DNA of 64,000 bases from a virus. Lineage: Duplodnaviria > Heunggongvirae > Uroviricota > Caudoviricetes. Location of the stretch: positions 64,001 to 128,000 of the IMG/VR virus record IMGVR_UViG_3300020045_008999; one strand, given 5' to 3'. Of the stretch, positions 9,130 through 19,160 are shown piece by piece (position 1 is the stretch's first letter; every line of letters starts with the position of its first letter). The translations under genes were made by a program, and so were the position numbers. The notes under the pieces were generated by a model. It was not told the origin of the DNA and ran no database searches. It saw only the letters and a program-made list of their open reading frames with translations.

Positions 9130-9918
9130 TTATTGTAAGCCATCATTGATTTCAGAGATTAGTTCATCAAAATTATGCTCATTTAGTGACAAATCATTAT
9201 TCCAGATTTCAAAATGTCGTTGGTATTTTAGAATTATTCTAATGTGTATAATATTTCTTCTTAGTTGTTCTGGTAGGAATATTGATGCTATAATTATGTT
9301 TCCATTCACTTCGATATCAATATCACCGGAATACGTTGATTTTAAAAATTGTGAGTGACATATGAAATTTCCCTTAATATATTCGGGTGCCCCTAATAAC
9401 GATTCGAATGTATTTCCAGAACATACTAAGTCACCATCTATTTTACTAGGTAGTCCAATTAGGGTGGTTAAATGATTATTGTTACACATAATTCCACCGG
9501 TCACAACGCCAATTGCATTTAGGTTAACTAGCTTATTATTAACACACACTAAATCCCCATTGATTGTAGCTGGTAAACCTTCTAATGATTTTAATAAGTT
9601 ATTGTTGCACTGATAGTCACCAAGTACTATTTGTGGCCCACCGATCAATGATGTTATGATATTATAAGCACATGAGAATTTGCCATGTACTTCTATGGGA
9701 AACCCATTGCATGAAGTCAGTGAGTTGAAGCTAACTTTGAAGTCGCCCCTGATTTTACCAAACTGAATTGTAAAATCAAATAAATCTTTTTTATATAAAT
9801 TAACATTATCATTGACATCGACAGTGCCCAAGGAATTTACTACAACGTCGCGTATTAAATTTTCTCGACAGAATAAATCAATGCGATCTTTCTCATTTTT
9901 GGAAATTAAGTTTTTCAT
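9130..9918 (-). CDS. LRR-like repeat family protein
   Basis: MKNLISKNEKDRID N-cap, 22-aa repeats, LKYQRHFEIWN..EINDGLQ C-cap. Confidence 0.9.
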   Translation of the reverse strand: MKNLISKNEKDRIDLFCRENLIRDVVVNSLGTVDVNDNVNLYKKDLFDFTIQFGKIRGDFKVSFNSLTSCNGFPIEVHGKFSCAYNIITSLIGGPQIVLGDYQCNNNLLKSLEGLPATINGDLVCVNNKLVNLNAIGVVTGGIMCNNNHLTTLIGLPSKIDGDLVCSGNTFESLLGAPEYIKGNFICHSQFLKSTYSGDIDIEVNGNIIIASIFLPEQLRRNIIHIRIILKYQRHFEIWNNDLSLNEHNFDELISEINDGLQ

Positions 9919-9961
9919 TTAATTACGGAATCGTAGTTTATCTATATATAATTTATTGGAT

Positions 9962-10495
9962 TTATATAAAGACCCTGGATCGGTTGAATTTAGAAATTTC
10001 ATCATCACCACTATAATTGTTTGTGAAATCATCCACGTTATTCGATTCTAGAAATAAACGCATAGCTTTAGCGAAATTATAATTAAGTCTATCTATATCG
10101 TTCGGCATAGCACAAATTCCCTCATATATCGCTTCACATTCCTCGGATATAATCATCCCGGTATAGATCCCGGTAAGGTTGTATTTTTTAACAAACACAT
10201 CTGCATTACACCATACCGCAAACACTTCTTTTTTACGAAGAATTGATACCAGTTTAGAATCAATAATCATTCTACCATAACCATATAGACCATGTTGATC
10301 ACCGTGGCCTAACATAATAATTTGGTCATGGGTGTTTAATGCGAGTTTGAGTTCTTTGTGAGATGGATTATGCCAAATAGTGGTATATCCCTTTCCTTTA
10401 TATATTTCATATAAAAAATCAGTACTTGCATCACTTGGGTGTATTACGAGTACTCGTTTATCAACGGTTTTTGTGAATGGGTCGGATATTTCCAT
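9962..10495 (-). CDS. hypothetical protein, possible caspase/gingipain-like His-Cys fold
   Basis: IIMLGHG followed by VFAVWCNA, order of a clan CD catalytic dyad; promoter box 10516-10523 (-). Confidence 0.45.
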   Translation of the reverse strand: MEISDPFTKTVDKRVLVIHPSDASTDFLYEIYKGKGYTTIWHNPSHKELKLALNTHDQIIMLGHGDQHGLYGYGRMIIDSKLVSILRKKEVFAVWCNADVFVKKYNLTGIYTGMIISEECEAIYEGICAMPNDIDRLNYNFAKAMRLFLESNNVDDFTNNYSGDDEISKFNRSRVFI

Positions 10496-10559
10496 ATTTA
10501 GCTATTATTTATGTCCAAATGTAGTGTAAATATCTCAATAAACCTAATATATGTAGTAG

Positions 10560-11156
10560 TTATTGCAATCCTTCTTTGATTTCGTCAATTAAATCGTTGA
10601 AATTATCAATATTTAAAGTGAAGTCATCATTCCATATAAAAAAGTGTCTTTGGTATTTTAAAATTAATCTGATATGTTCTTTATCTGATTCTATTTCTTT
10701 TGGTAAAAGATCCCATTCGATGTAAACCGGGTAGCGAATTTCAGAACCTGTACCTAAATCGATGTCTGTGTCACCGGAATATGTAGTTGTCAAACCCATG
10801 TTGTTACTGACATCAGTATATCCGATTATTGTATTAGGAGCACCTACCAAATTTGTAAGTCTATTTTGGTAGCAGATCAAATCCCCACCTATATAAGTCG
10901 GTAATCCAATTAGTGTTGTTAGATCATTTTTTTGACAATAGAAGCTACCATCAACCCTACCAAACTTGATTGGTATTTCAGTAAGTCGTTTACCTGAAAT
11001 ATTAACATTGTCTGGCACATCCACCAAGCCATCTGAGGTAATAGTATACTTAAATATTTTGTATTTTCTACAAAATTGGTCTATTGAATTTTTTTCACTA
11101 ATTGATATTAAATTTTTCACTAATTTTTCACTAATTTTTCTTATTGATGTTCGCAC
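10560..11156 (-). CDS. LRR-like repeat family protein
   Basis: KNLISISEK N-cap, repeats, LKYQRHFFIWN..EIKEGLQ C-cap; true start may be GTG near 11120. Confidence 0.9.
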   Translation of the reverse strand: MRTSIRKISEKLVKNLISISEKNSIDQFCRKYKIFKYTITSDGLVDVPDNVNISGKRLTEIPIKFGRVDGSFYCQKNDLTTLIGLPTYIGGDLICYQNRLTNLVGAPNTIIGYTDVSNNMGLTTTYSGDTDIDLGTGSEIRYPVYIEWDLLPKEIESDKEHIRLILKYQRHFFIWNDDFTLNIDNFNDLIDEIKEGLQ

Positions 11157-11754
11157 ATTGTTGTGAAGTCAGTACCCTTATAAATAGATTACGTTCATTT
11201 GCATATGATGGCAATTCTGAATTAGTAAAGTACGTATCGAATAAACCAGTCGTTTTTTTCACTTCATAATTTAAGCTCATAGCATAAGCCGTTATTTCAG
11301 AGATACTTCCTTGTGAGAATATTTTATCAACAGGTCCAGAATTCCATTTCGAAACTAATGAATATGTTTGATTTTCAATCGCGTATAATAAACCAATTTT
11401 AAAGTCTTCGAAATCTAATTTGGGTATATCGAACGCGTACTGTGTGTAGTAAGTTTCCAACCCACCAGTCCAACCAGTATCTTCACCAACTCGAATACTA
11501 TATTTATCATTAAATTTATCAATTTCAATTAACAGGCCATGATCAAAACTTATATTTTTGACATTATTAAAATCAAATGGATTACCACTGTAAATATAAT
11601 CAAAATCTTCTAACTCTGAACTATCCACTGATTTAAAATTAATACTTTTTATTAAACTGATCATATCTGCTTTGGGAAATATATCAACCGATTTATGGTT
11701 ACTTTCAACTATAAACTCATTCCATTTTTTTATATTTGATAATTTATCTTTCAT
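11131..11754 (-). CDS. hypothetical protein with capsid-targeting-like N terminus
   Basis: N terminus ..NIKKWNEFIVES; TTTATATATAG motif at 11777-11787 (-). Confidence 0.7.
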   Translation of the reverse strand: MKDKLSNIKKWNEFIVESNHKSVDIFPKADMISLIKSINFKSVDSSELEDFDYIYSGNPFDFNNVKNISFDHGLLIEIDKFNDKYSIRVGEDTGWTGGLETYYTQYAFDIPKLDFEDFKIGLLYAIENQTYSLVSKWNSGPVDKIFSQGSISEITAYAMSLNYEVKKTTGLFDTYFTNSELPSYANERNLFIRVLTSQQCANINKKN

Positions 11755-11825
11755 AATTTTCTTTTTTTATCCTACACTATATATAAATATTATATATTTG
11801 TAAAAATAATATTCAATAGTATATA

Positions 11826-12047
11826 ATGCACCATTGTTACATTTGTTACAGCAGCCCGGTTGAAGAAGAATTCGTATGTGATATATGCGATAATTATTAT
11901 TGTGAAGATTGTAGCTATACATATTCGCTACATTATCAACACCAAGGATCCCGTTGTTATTGGTGTTCGCACCAGTCAAGACAAAGACATTTGAGTAAAG
12001 AAATGATTCGGTCAAACAAAATAAAATTAATATTAGGTACTGAATAA
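11826..12047 (+). CDS. small Cys-rich zinc-finger-like protein
   Basis: Four CxxC pairs; ends with IRSNKIKLILG tag motif. Confidence 0.7.
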   Translation: MHHCYICYSSPVEEEFVCDICDNYYCEDCSYTYSLHYQHQGSRCYWCSHQSRQRHLSKEMIRSNKIKLILGTE

Positions 12048-12071
12048 ATAGGTTTATATAAAATAAAGTCA

Positions 12072-12079
12072 TATATTTG
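12072..12079 (+). promoter_or_regulatory. Bacteroidota-type -7 promoter box
   Basis: TATATTTG(CAC) with no ORF downstream on +. Confidence 0.6.
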
Positions 12080-12089
12080 CACTTCATAT

Positions 12090-12457
12090 AGAGCTAAACA
12101 ATAAGAGCTACCGAATGTAAATATTCTAAGCGTTGAAAGATACGGTTCATGGGTTGTAAATAAAAGTACGCAGTTTGATAGTTTTAATTATCATTTGATA
12201 AAAAAATTACTAATTGTTAAAACCACTGGTGAGGTTGAAAAAGACCTGAATAATAAGTGCCGTTAGTAACTACTTTTGTTATAAAATCAGTACGCAATAA
12301 ACCAGCTCATGATGCAAGCATTGAAAGGGGAACTAAATTGGGACATGTGTTGATATAACACCGGGTGCGACTCCGATCATAGGTTAGTAAGTTAAGAATA
12401 TAATGATTATGACTAACACCAAAACTATGAAACAAGGCCAACACATGTTTATGCTTC
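12090..12457 (+). ncRNA. candidate structured non-coding RNA
   Basis: About 370 nt without ORF; long-range helices 12147-12156/12303-12312, 12343-12352/12439-12448, 12316-12321/12451-12456; own promoter box. Confidence 0.5.
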
Positions 12458-13132
12458 TTATAACAATCCATCTTCAATTTCTGAAATCAATTCATTAAAA
12501 TTTACTTCATTTAACGATAAATCGTCATTCCAAATGCTGTAATGTCGTTGGTATTTAAAAACAATTTTTAAATAATCCTCAGATATTGTTTGTAGTTCAA
12601 GTGGTAGATTAGTCCCAAACATGTATAATTCACCATCTAAGTCAACATCTAACTCATCATCTAAGTATAATGTGTGGAGGTGGCGGTTATTACCAATATG
12701 TAAATCGCCATGTATTTTATGTGGACATCCATTAAGGGTAGTCAACATGTTACTAACTGCAAGGAAATTACCATTTATGACAGATGGTGACCCATTTAAT
12801 TCCTGTAAATTATTAAAACTACATATAAAGTTCTCCCCAACCTCAACCGGGGCATATTTCAAATCTATCAATTGGTTTACGCCACAGTCAAAATCCTTAC
12901 CAACTTTATATGGGGCACCAAATAGTGTGGATATTACATTACCTGAACATATGAAGTCACCACTAACAGTTCCGAATTTCAGGGGCATTTCCTTGAGTCT
13001 TCTACGACTCAATACTACGCTGCCGTTAACATCAACTGTACCATCAGAATTTATAATATAATCAATAATGTTATGCGACTTACATATTTGATCAATGCGA
13101 TCTTTTTCGTCCTTTGATATTAAATTTCTCAT
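12458..13132 (-). CDS. LRR-like repeat family protein
   Basis: MRNLISKDEKDRID N-cap, repeats, FKYQRHYSIWN..EIEDGLL C-cap. Confidence 0.9.
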   Translation of the reverse strand: MRNLISKDEKDRIDQICKSHNIIDYIINSDGTVDVNGSVVLSRRRLKEMPLKFGTVSGDFICSGNVISTLFGAPYKVGKDFDCGVNQLIDLKYAPVEVGENFICSFNNLQELNGSPSVINGNFLAVSNMLTTLNGCPHKIHGDLHIGNNRHLHTLYLDDELDVDLDGELYMFGTNLPLELQTISEDYLKIVFKYQRHYSIWNDDLSLNEVNFNELISEIEDGLL

Positions 13133-13177
13133 ATATTGTATATATTAAAAAAATTATCATATCTTTGTAATTAATAA

Positions 13178-13921
13178 ATGATGCCTAATAATATGATATA
13201 CATACAATCCAATACCGACCGGACGTTACCACATCATTTTGATTGTGCCTGTGCTATGTACGGTGCAATTGAAAACGTCACTGATTATAGATTAACCACC
13301 TTTGAAGAGGTTTCAACGGGTAAGTTTGATATGGTATTGAGGAACCATTTGTTTATTGGTTCGGTTGAATTTATGCGAGAAGTGTTTAATCGCATTGGAT
13401 TATCTGATATTAGACTACCATTAAATTCAAACAGACAAAGTGAACGCATTACCCTTGGAGACGCGTATGAACGCGTAGCTGCCGGTGAAGTACTATTCAT
13501 TAAACCGATTGAGATAAAATTGTTTACCGGCTTGGTATTAGACCGTATGGTATATGGATGTCTTTCTAATTTATCTAGAAGCGTAGAAGTATTGGCATAT
13601 GATGCATTCCCTTACGCGATTGAAACCGAGTGGCGAATTTACGTATATCGAAACGAAATGTATGATGCTAGGAATTATTCAGGCGATTTCACATTATTAC
13701 CGGATTTTGAATACGTGCGAAAGATTATTGAAACAAATAAAACATCATTCCCTAATACATACACTATTGATGTTGGCATGTTAGCAAATGGTGAATGTGT
13801 GGTAATTGAATATAATGATATGTGGGCAATTGGAAACTATGGTGTTCAGAACCGAGATTATATTAAAATGTTGCATGAAAGGTATTTTGATATCATACGC
13901 AATCAATCAAATGTGAAATAA
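13178..13921 (+). CDS. ATP-grasp domain protein (DUF4343/R2K-like)
   Basis: LFIKP, TEWRIYV, YTIDVG..VVIEYND motifs; TATCTTTG box at 13160-13167. Confidence 0.75.
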   Translation: MMPNNMIYIQSNTDRTLPHHFDCACAMYGAIENVTDYRLTTFEEVSTGKFDMVLRNHLFIGSVEFMREVFNRIGLSDIRLPLNSNRQSERITLGDAYERVAAGEVLFIKPIEIKLFTGLVLDRMVYGCLSNLSRSVEVLAYDAFPYAIETEWRIYVYRNEMYDARNYSGDFTLLPDFEYVRKIIETNKTSFPNTYTIDVGMLANGECVVIEYNDMWAIGNYGVQNRDYIKMLHERYFDIIRNQSNVK

Positions 13922-13937
13922 CTAACAGTATAAAAAA

Positions 13938-14174
13938 ATGAGAAAATTTAGAGCATTAAAAAGTGAAAAAGGTCGAGATGATTTCGGAGCATCGGGAATA
14001 ACCTTTGAAGTTGATCAATTAATTGAGGGAAACGTGTATACTGAACAGGATACTAAACATTGGGATGAACGTGCCAAACGCTCAGCTCCTTTTTTTGTAG
14101 ATAGTAACGGGTGTTCCCGGAATATTGCGGACTGTATCAAAAATGGAATTATTGTTGAAATATTCGACTTGTAG
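13938..14174 (+). CDS. hypothetical protein
   Basis: 78-aa ORF in + strand run. Confidence 0.6.
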   Translation: MRKFRALKSEKGRDDFGASGITFEVDQLIEGNVYTEQDTKHWDERAKRSAPFFVDSNGCSRNIADCIKNGIIVEIFDL

Positions 14175-14197
14175 TAGCTATTAAATATATATATAAT

Positions 14198-14467
14198 ATG
14201 TTAAATTACATACGTGAATTGTGGATGTGGTATTCGTTATCAAACCCCAAAAATTGGTATTTATATTCTGAACAAAAATGGAGTCTTGAAATGGACGGTA
14301 TGAGTAAACCAAGAAAGTTTTACAGACACAAAAAACACTCTTATTATATTACTAATGTTTTTATTAAATCACCATTACATATTAGTGATTTAATTAATAG
14401 ATTCTTGTTAGATTATAAAACCAAAAAATTATTAATGGGTGAGACCCTTTATGTCGTAAGCGATTAG
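14198..14467 (+). CDS. hypothetical protein
   Basis: 89-aa ORF in + strand run. Confidence 0.55.
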   Translation: MLNYIRELWMWYSLSNPKNWYLYSEQKWSLEMDGMSKPRKFYRHKKHSYYITNVFIKSPLHISDLINRFLLDYKTKKLLMGETLYVVSD

Positions 14468-14483
14468 TAAAATAAGTAAAAAT

Positions 14484-15068
14484 ATGTCAAATCAATTAGA
14501 GAACAACAACCATGATCTTAGTGGTGATAATGATGCAGTCATTCGTTTTATTGTTGAAAATATAATAGTCGATGGTTTTCCAAGTTCTAATACAATAAAA
14601 CTAAATGGGATTCATAGTGATTGCCAGGTGGTAATTAATGTTTCTGATGAATTTTATTTAGGAAACTCTGAGGAACTGATGACCGAAGGAAAACTTAATT
14701 ATTATTTTCCAATGGGTGAAATGGGTGAGATAATGGGCATGAATTCGATATTTGGTGCATTGCAAGTATTGCACCAAATTTATAAATGGAATCCAGAATG
14801 GAAGGTGTTATTACATTGTCAAGCGGGTAGAAATCGAAGTCCTACAATAAAAGCAGCATTTTATTATATGATGCTTTGTGAACACGAACCAGATTTACTA
14901 AATAATAAATTGATTATTAACTGTGATAAGAATCATTTGCCAAAATTAGAAACCACCGAGTTATTTTTAACTAAGTGTAAAGAAGCATTTGATAACCCAC
15001 AGAATTTTTTTGGGGGAATGTTCGATTGGGTTATGAAAGAATCCGGTTTATCTAAAAATATGTACTAA
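14484..15068 (+). CDS. dual-specificity/tyrosine phosphatase-like protein
   Basis: VLLHCQAGRNRS, intact HCX5R P-loop. Confidence 0.8.
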   Translation: MSNQLENNNHDLSGDNDAVIRFIVENIIVDGFPSSNTIKLNGIHSDCQVVINVSDEFYLGNSEELMTEGKLNYYFPMGEMGEIMGMNSIFGALQVLHQIYKWNPEWKVLLHCQAGRNRSPTIKAAFYYMMLCEHEPDLLNNKLIINCDKNHLPKLETTELFLTKCKEAFDNPQNFFGGMFDWVMKESGLSKNMY

Positions 15069-15094
15069 GAATTTAAATTAACGAAATAAATATT

Positions 15095-15475
15095 ATGAAA
15101 GGAATTATTATAGAATTTAACGAAACCGGTAATTCGGTAATTGATGTTGATTTCGTTTGTAAAAAATGGAATGATCAATTTTTAATATCATCTTGGGCTA
15201 ATAACGATGGTGTACAATACACCTTGGTTATAAATGGTAAGCGGAAAAATACTAGATTGGTCAAAAGCCAAATATCGAATGAACAGGCAGAGGAAGTTAT
15301 TAGGAAATTGGAATTGGTAAATGTTAAAGATTCCACATTTAAAAGTGCAAGTGTTTTTATTTCAAGAAGTTTTGCAATTTCAGAATTGGAAAAATTTAAA
15401 GTGATGAATTATGAAAAGCAACAAGAGTTAAATATGATTTCTGAATATATTCGTAGTTATCGAAATGCACTGTAA
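15095..15475 (+). CDS. hypothetical protein
   Basis: 126-aa ORF. Confidence 0.65.
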   Translation: MKGIIIEFNETGNSVIDVDFVCKKWNDQFLISSWANNDGVQYTLVINGKRKNTRLVKSQISNEQAEEVIRKLELVNVKDSTFKSASVFISRSFAISELEKFKVMNYEKQQELNMISEYIRSYRNAL

Positions 15476-15510
15476 ATATTAAATATTAAATATGGTGCAA
15501 TTCGCTGCAC

Positions 15511-16368
15511 TTATAATAACCCATCTTGAATTTCTTCAATTAGTGATTTGAAATTCTCTTCATCCAGGGATAGGTCATCATTCCATATCATAAATGGTCT
15601 TTGGTATTTTAAAATTAATTGAATTTTATCCCAATTAGATAATAAAAGTTTTGGCAATGATGAGGTAGATGCACCATCAACCGTTACAGACTGAGCGTCT
15701 ATATCACTATTTCCTGAAAAGGTGCTTACGATACCGTTATCTTCTAGGTTTAAATTGTGTTTAATATATTCTGCGCACCCATCAAGTGTTTTTAGATTGT
15801 TGTCACTACAGTCATAATACCCACCAACTGAATTCGGCCCACCTACAAGTGTGGTCAATATATTATTAGTACATGCGAAATATTCACCAACTGTGGTACA
15901 CATCCCAGTTAAGGTTTCTAATTTATTAATGGAGCAATCGTAGTACCCACTAACCGATTCGGGTCCACCGAATAATGATGTTAATTTATTTTCTTCACAA
16001 TCAAAATTTCCGCTTATAGTTTTTGGTGCCCCTTCTAATGTAATTAAATTATTACCAGAACAATAATAATCAGATGCTGATAGTGGACCGCCAACGAGTG
16101 AGGTTATATTATTATATGAGCAACTGAAATATCCACCAATATGTCTTGGTGAATTTAACAATGATTTCAATGCTCCATGTGGGCATGTGAAATTACCACT
16201 TACATTATTAAACTTTATTGGAATTTTAGATGATTCAAGGTGTGAAAAAGTCACATCACCTTTAACGTCAATTGAACCATCTGAATTTATTTCATAATTT
16301 TCTATATTATATGCATTACAAATTTCTATAATACTATCAATTTTGCGCTTGTTCACTAAGTTTTTCAT
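15511..16368 (-). CDS. LRR-like repeat family protein
   Basis: N-cap, long repeat array, LKYQRPFMIWN..EIQDGLL C-cap. Confidence 0.9.
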   Translation of the reverse strand: MKNLVNKRKIDSIIEICNAYNIENYEINSDGSIDVKGDVTFSHLESSKIPIKFNNVSGNFTCPHGALKSLLNSPRHIGGYFSCSYNNITSLVGGPLSASDYYCSGNNLITLEGAPKTISGNFDCEENKLTSLFGGPESVSGYYDCSINKLETLTGMCTTVGEYFACTNNILTTLVGGPNSVGGYYDCSDNNLKTLDGCAEYIKHNLNLEDNGIVSTFSGNSDIDAQSVTVDGASTSSLPKLLLSNWDKIQLILKYQRPFMIWNDDLSLDEENFKSLIEEIQDGLL

Positions 16369-16384
16369 ATGTTATATATTTAAA

Positions 16385-17002
16385 TTATTCTAATCCATCG
16401 TTTATTTCATCTAACAGTTCTTGGAATTTTAACACATTCAGTGATAAATCATCGTTCCAAATCTCAAAATGTCGTTGGTAGCGAAGAATTATAGGCATGT
16501 GGTGGCGATTAATATAGATAAAATTTGGTAAAGCAGCTGCTAACGCATGTATTTTACCGATTAAGTCAATATCAGTGTAACCACTAAATGTATTGTTCAA
16601 TTGGCGATTTACACCACATCTAATATCTATTCCAATATATTCCGGGGCACCCTCTAGAGAGGTCAGTGAATTACCTGATAACCAGATACTACCGCCTACT
16701 GATATTGGTCCTCCGAATAAATTGGTTAAGTGGTTGGAAGAAACATCGAAGTCTAGACCAACAGATCTTGGTGCGTTATGTAAAGTGGTTATTACATTAG
16801 TTGAACATGTGAAGTCACCACTCACTTTGCCAAATTTTATAGGAATCGTAGCCAAATTAAGTCCTTCCATAAATACTGATCCATTCACATTTACAACGGC
16901 TTCTCGATTTGAATCTACGTCAATAGTATAATTCTGTATATTATATTGTTTACACAACATATTGATACGATCTAATTCACCTTTACTAATTATATTTTTC
17001 AT
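16385..17002 (-). CDS. LRR-like repeat family protein
   Basis: N-cap, repeats, LRYQRHFEIWN..EINDGLE C-cap. Confidence 0.9.
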   Translation of the reverse strand: MKNIISKGELDRINMLCKQYNIQNYTIDVDSNREAVVNVNGSVFMEGLNLATIPIKFGKVSGDFTCSTNVITTLHNAPRSVGLDFDVSSNHLTNLFGGPISVGGSIWLSGNSLTSLEGAPEYIGIDIRCGVNRQLNNTFSGYTDIDLIGKIHALAAALPNFIYINRHHMPIILRYQRHFEIWNDDLSLNVLKFQELLDEINDGLE

Positions 17003-17012
17003 AGTTGTCGTA

Positions 17013-17621
17013 TTATTCTAATCCATCGTTTATTTCATCTAGTAAAATATTGAAATTATCAATATTTAACGTCAAGTCACCATTCCATATTTCAAAGTGC
17101 CTCTGGTAACGAAGAATTGTGCGAATGTGGCTTTGATTCTCTTGGACTAAATTTGGTAAATTATAGTTCATGAACATAATAATTTTACCATTAACCTCAA
17201 GATCAATTTCACCTGAATAAGTACTCAGTAATGAATGATTTCCTACCATTGAAAAGTCCTTTCCTATTTTGCGTGGTATGCCAGTCAGGTTTGTTACATT
17301 AGATCGGTTACATGAAAAGTTCCCATCGACAATTTTCGGGCCACCCACTAATGATGATATTTTGGTATTACTACAATGGAAATCACCCTGCACATAAATA
17401 GGTGCACCTTTTAAAGAAGTCAGTGGTAAATCACAGCAATAAAAACCTCCATACACATTTCTAAAATTGATTGGTATTTCGATAATGGGAAACGAATCTA
17501 GATCTATATGCTGTTTAGCATCTATTGAACCATCCGCATTAATTGAATATTCAGTAATATTGTACCGTTTGCACAATGCATCAATTTGATTCATTTGTCG
17601 TTTAGAAATTAAATTTTTCAT
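17013..17621 (-). CDS. LRR-like repeat family protein
   Basis: N-cap, repeats, C-cap; TTTATATATAG motif at 17625-17635 (-). Confidence 0.9.
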   Translation of the reverse strand: MKNLISKRQMNQIDALCKRYNITEYSINADGSIDAKQHIDLDSFPIIEIPINFRNVYGGFYCCDLPLTSLKGAPIYVQGDFHCSNTKISSLVGGPKIVDGNFSCNRSNVTNLTGIPRKIGKDFSMVGNHSLLSTYSGEIDLEVNGKIIMFMNYNLPNLVQENQSHIRTILRYQRHFEIWNGDLTLNIDNFNILLDEINDGLE

Positions 17622-17702
17622 ATCCTATATATAAATTTATAGATGTGGTGTACATCATATTAAAAATAATAGTATATTTGTATTAATTAAAAATATCAAT
17701 AT

Positions 17703-18017
17703 ATGAAAATATTTAATCTCTTTAATAAAAATATAGTTTATAAATCATTTCAGTTATATAAATTGATAAAATTACTAAGTGGGTGGCGAACTAAATATAA
17801 TGTTGATCAATACGATGATGTAATTGGAAAAGCATTTACTATAATAAATAAATTTCGTTTACGAATCGGTAAAATATCACCATCATTTGTATTACCAGAT
17901 GATCAATTGTCAGAAGATTTTATCATTCGTTTTTTTGCTGCGGCAAAAACTAATAATTACGAAGTACTCTCACACAAATTGTCTGGATCTACTAAATTTA
18001 ATTTAATTAAGAAATAA
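17703..18017 (+). CDS. hypothetical protein
   Basis: First gene after TATATTTG box at 17673-17680. Confidence 0.65.
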   Translation: MKIFNLFNKNIVYKSFQLYKLIKLLSGWRTKYNVDQYDDVIGKAFTIINKFRLRIGKISPSFVLPDDQLSEDFIIRFFAAAKTNNYEVLSHKLSGSTKFNLIKK

Positions 18018-18021
18018 AATC

Positions 18022-18315
18022 ATGACACAATTAAAAAAGTTATATAACGGAATAATGAATGATGCGTCAATTCAACGATATTCAATGACATGGGTTGAGG
18101 TAGTTGTTATGATAAAAATGCGCTACAAAACCCCAATTATAAAGACTGATGAAGTATTCACCAACGATTTGCTATTAGATGCACTGTTAGTCACCCGCGG
18201 TAAGCTGCGAAAATTAATTGAATGTATGATCAATGAATTGGAAATTAACAACCAAACATTGTCAGATAAGCAACGTGTAGGTACCCAGCGAAGTCCATTT
18301 GGTATTGGATCTTAA
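18022..18315 (+). CDS. hypothetical protein
   Basis: 97-aa ORF, tight operon spacing. Confidence 0.6.
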   Translation: MTQLKKLYNGIMNDASIQRYSMTWVEVVVMIKMRYKTPIIKTDEVFTNDLLLDALLVTRGKLRKLIECMINELEINNQTLSDKQRVGTQRSPFGIGS

Positions 18316-18324
18316 TTATATAAT

Positions 18325-18741
18325 ATGAAAAAAATACTAAAAGCACTTCGGATAAAAAATTTCGATCATTTAAATATTCAATTTATATCAAGCGACGAAC
18401 CTAATTCATTCCCAATGTTAACTGGTAATTTATATACCAGAGGTGAAGTGGTAAACGATTCGGTTTATACCAATTTAGCGCGAGTAATAGATGGTGATAT
18501 AATAACCGAATATTTGAAAGACATTCTAAATCTTGAAACACATCCACTTATTTCGGAGTTTCTGACAATTGATGATACCCGTCTAAATAATTTGAAGCAG
18601 TATTGTATAAATAATAATTTTGAAACTTCTACATTCGATTATGATATTAAGAAACACCTAGAACATCATATATATTTTGAAATACCATGTGTTCCAGGTA
18701 CAATAGAATCAGAACTTAATAAACTATCAAAGTCAATATAA
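18325..18741 (+). CDS. hypothetical protein
   Basis: 138-aa ORF, tight operon spacing. Confidence 0.65.
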   Translation: MKKILKALRIKNFDHLNIQFISSDEPNSFPMLTGNLYTRGEVVNDSVYTNLARVIDGDIITEYLKDILNLETHPLISEFLTIDDTRLNNLKQYCINNNFETSTFDYDIKKHLEHHIYFEIPCVPGTIESELNKLSKSI

Positions 18742-18742
18742 T

Positions 18743-19135
18743 ATGAGTAATACAAAACAATACATTATAATCCGAAAGGATTTAAATATGTCAACCGGGA
18801 AAATTGCCGCGCAAGCATCTCACGCTTCAATGAAAGTCTTCTTTGATAAAATGCGTGTTGTGTCATCTGAACACGGTGATAATTATATATTTTCACCCAC
18901 AGCAGATGAAATAGAATGGATTACCGGAATGTTTACGAAGGTTGTGTTGGGTGTTAAAAATGAGGGGCAATTACTTAAAGTATATCAATTGGCACTAGAG
19001 GCCGGGTTAAATGTATCCTTAATTAAAGACGCTGGATTAACTGAGTTGGTTGGTGATAATTATACAGCTGTTGCGATTGGTCCAAATACCATAGCCGATT
19101 GTTATCCAATTGTCAATCGTTTGCGATTATTATAA
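18743..19135 (+). CDS. pth2: peptidyl-tRNA hydrolase, Pth2 family
   Basis: KQYIIIRKDLNMSTGKIAAQASHAS, KVVL, IKDAGLTE, TAVAIGP are Pth2 signatures. Confidence 0.9.
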   Translation: MSNTKQYIIIRKDLNMSTGKIAAQASHASMKVFFDKMRVVSSEHGDNYIFSPTADEIEWITGMFTKVVLGVKNEGQLLKVYQLALEAGLNVSLIKDAGLTELVGDNYTAVAIGPNTIADCYPIVNRLRLL

Positions 19136-19160
19136 TTAGTTAAATATAAAATGAAAATAC

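Noticed and set aside
12090-12457. tmRNA, RNase P RNA or group I intron identity for the structured region
   Set aside because: No tRNA-like acceptor with tag ORF, no recognisable P4 or catalytic core, and no interrupted host gene.
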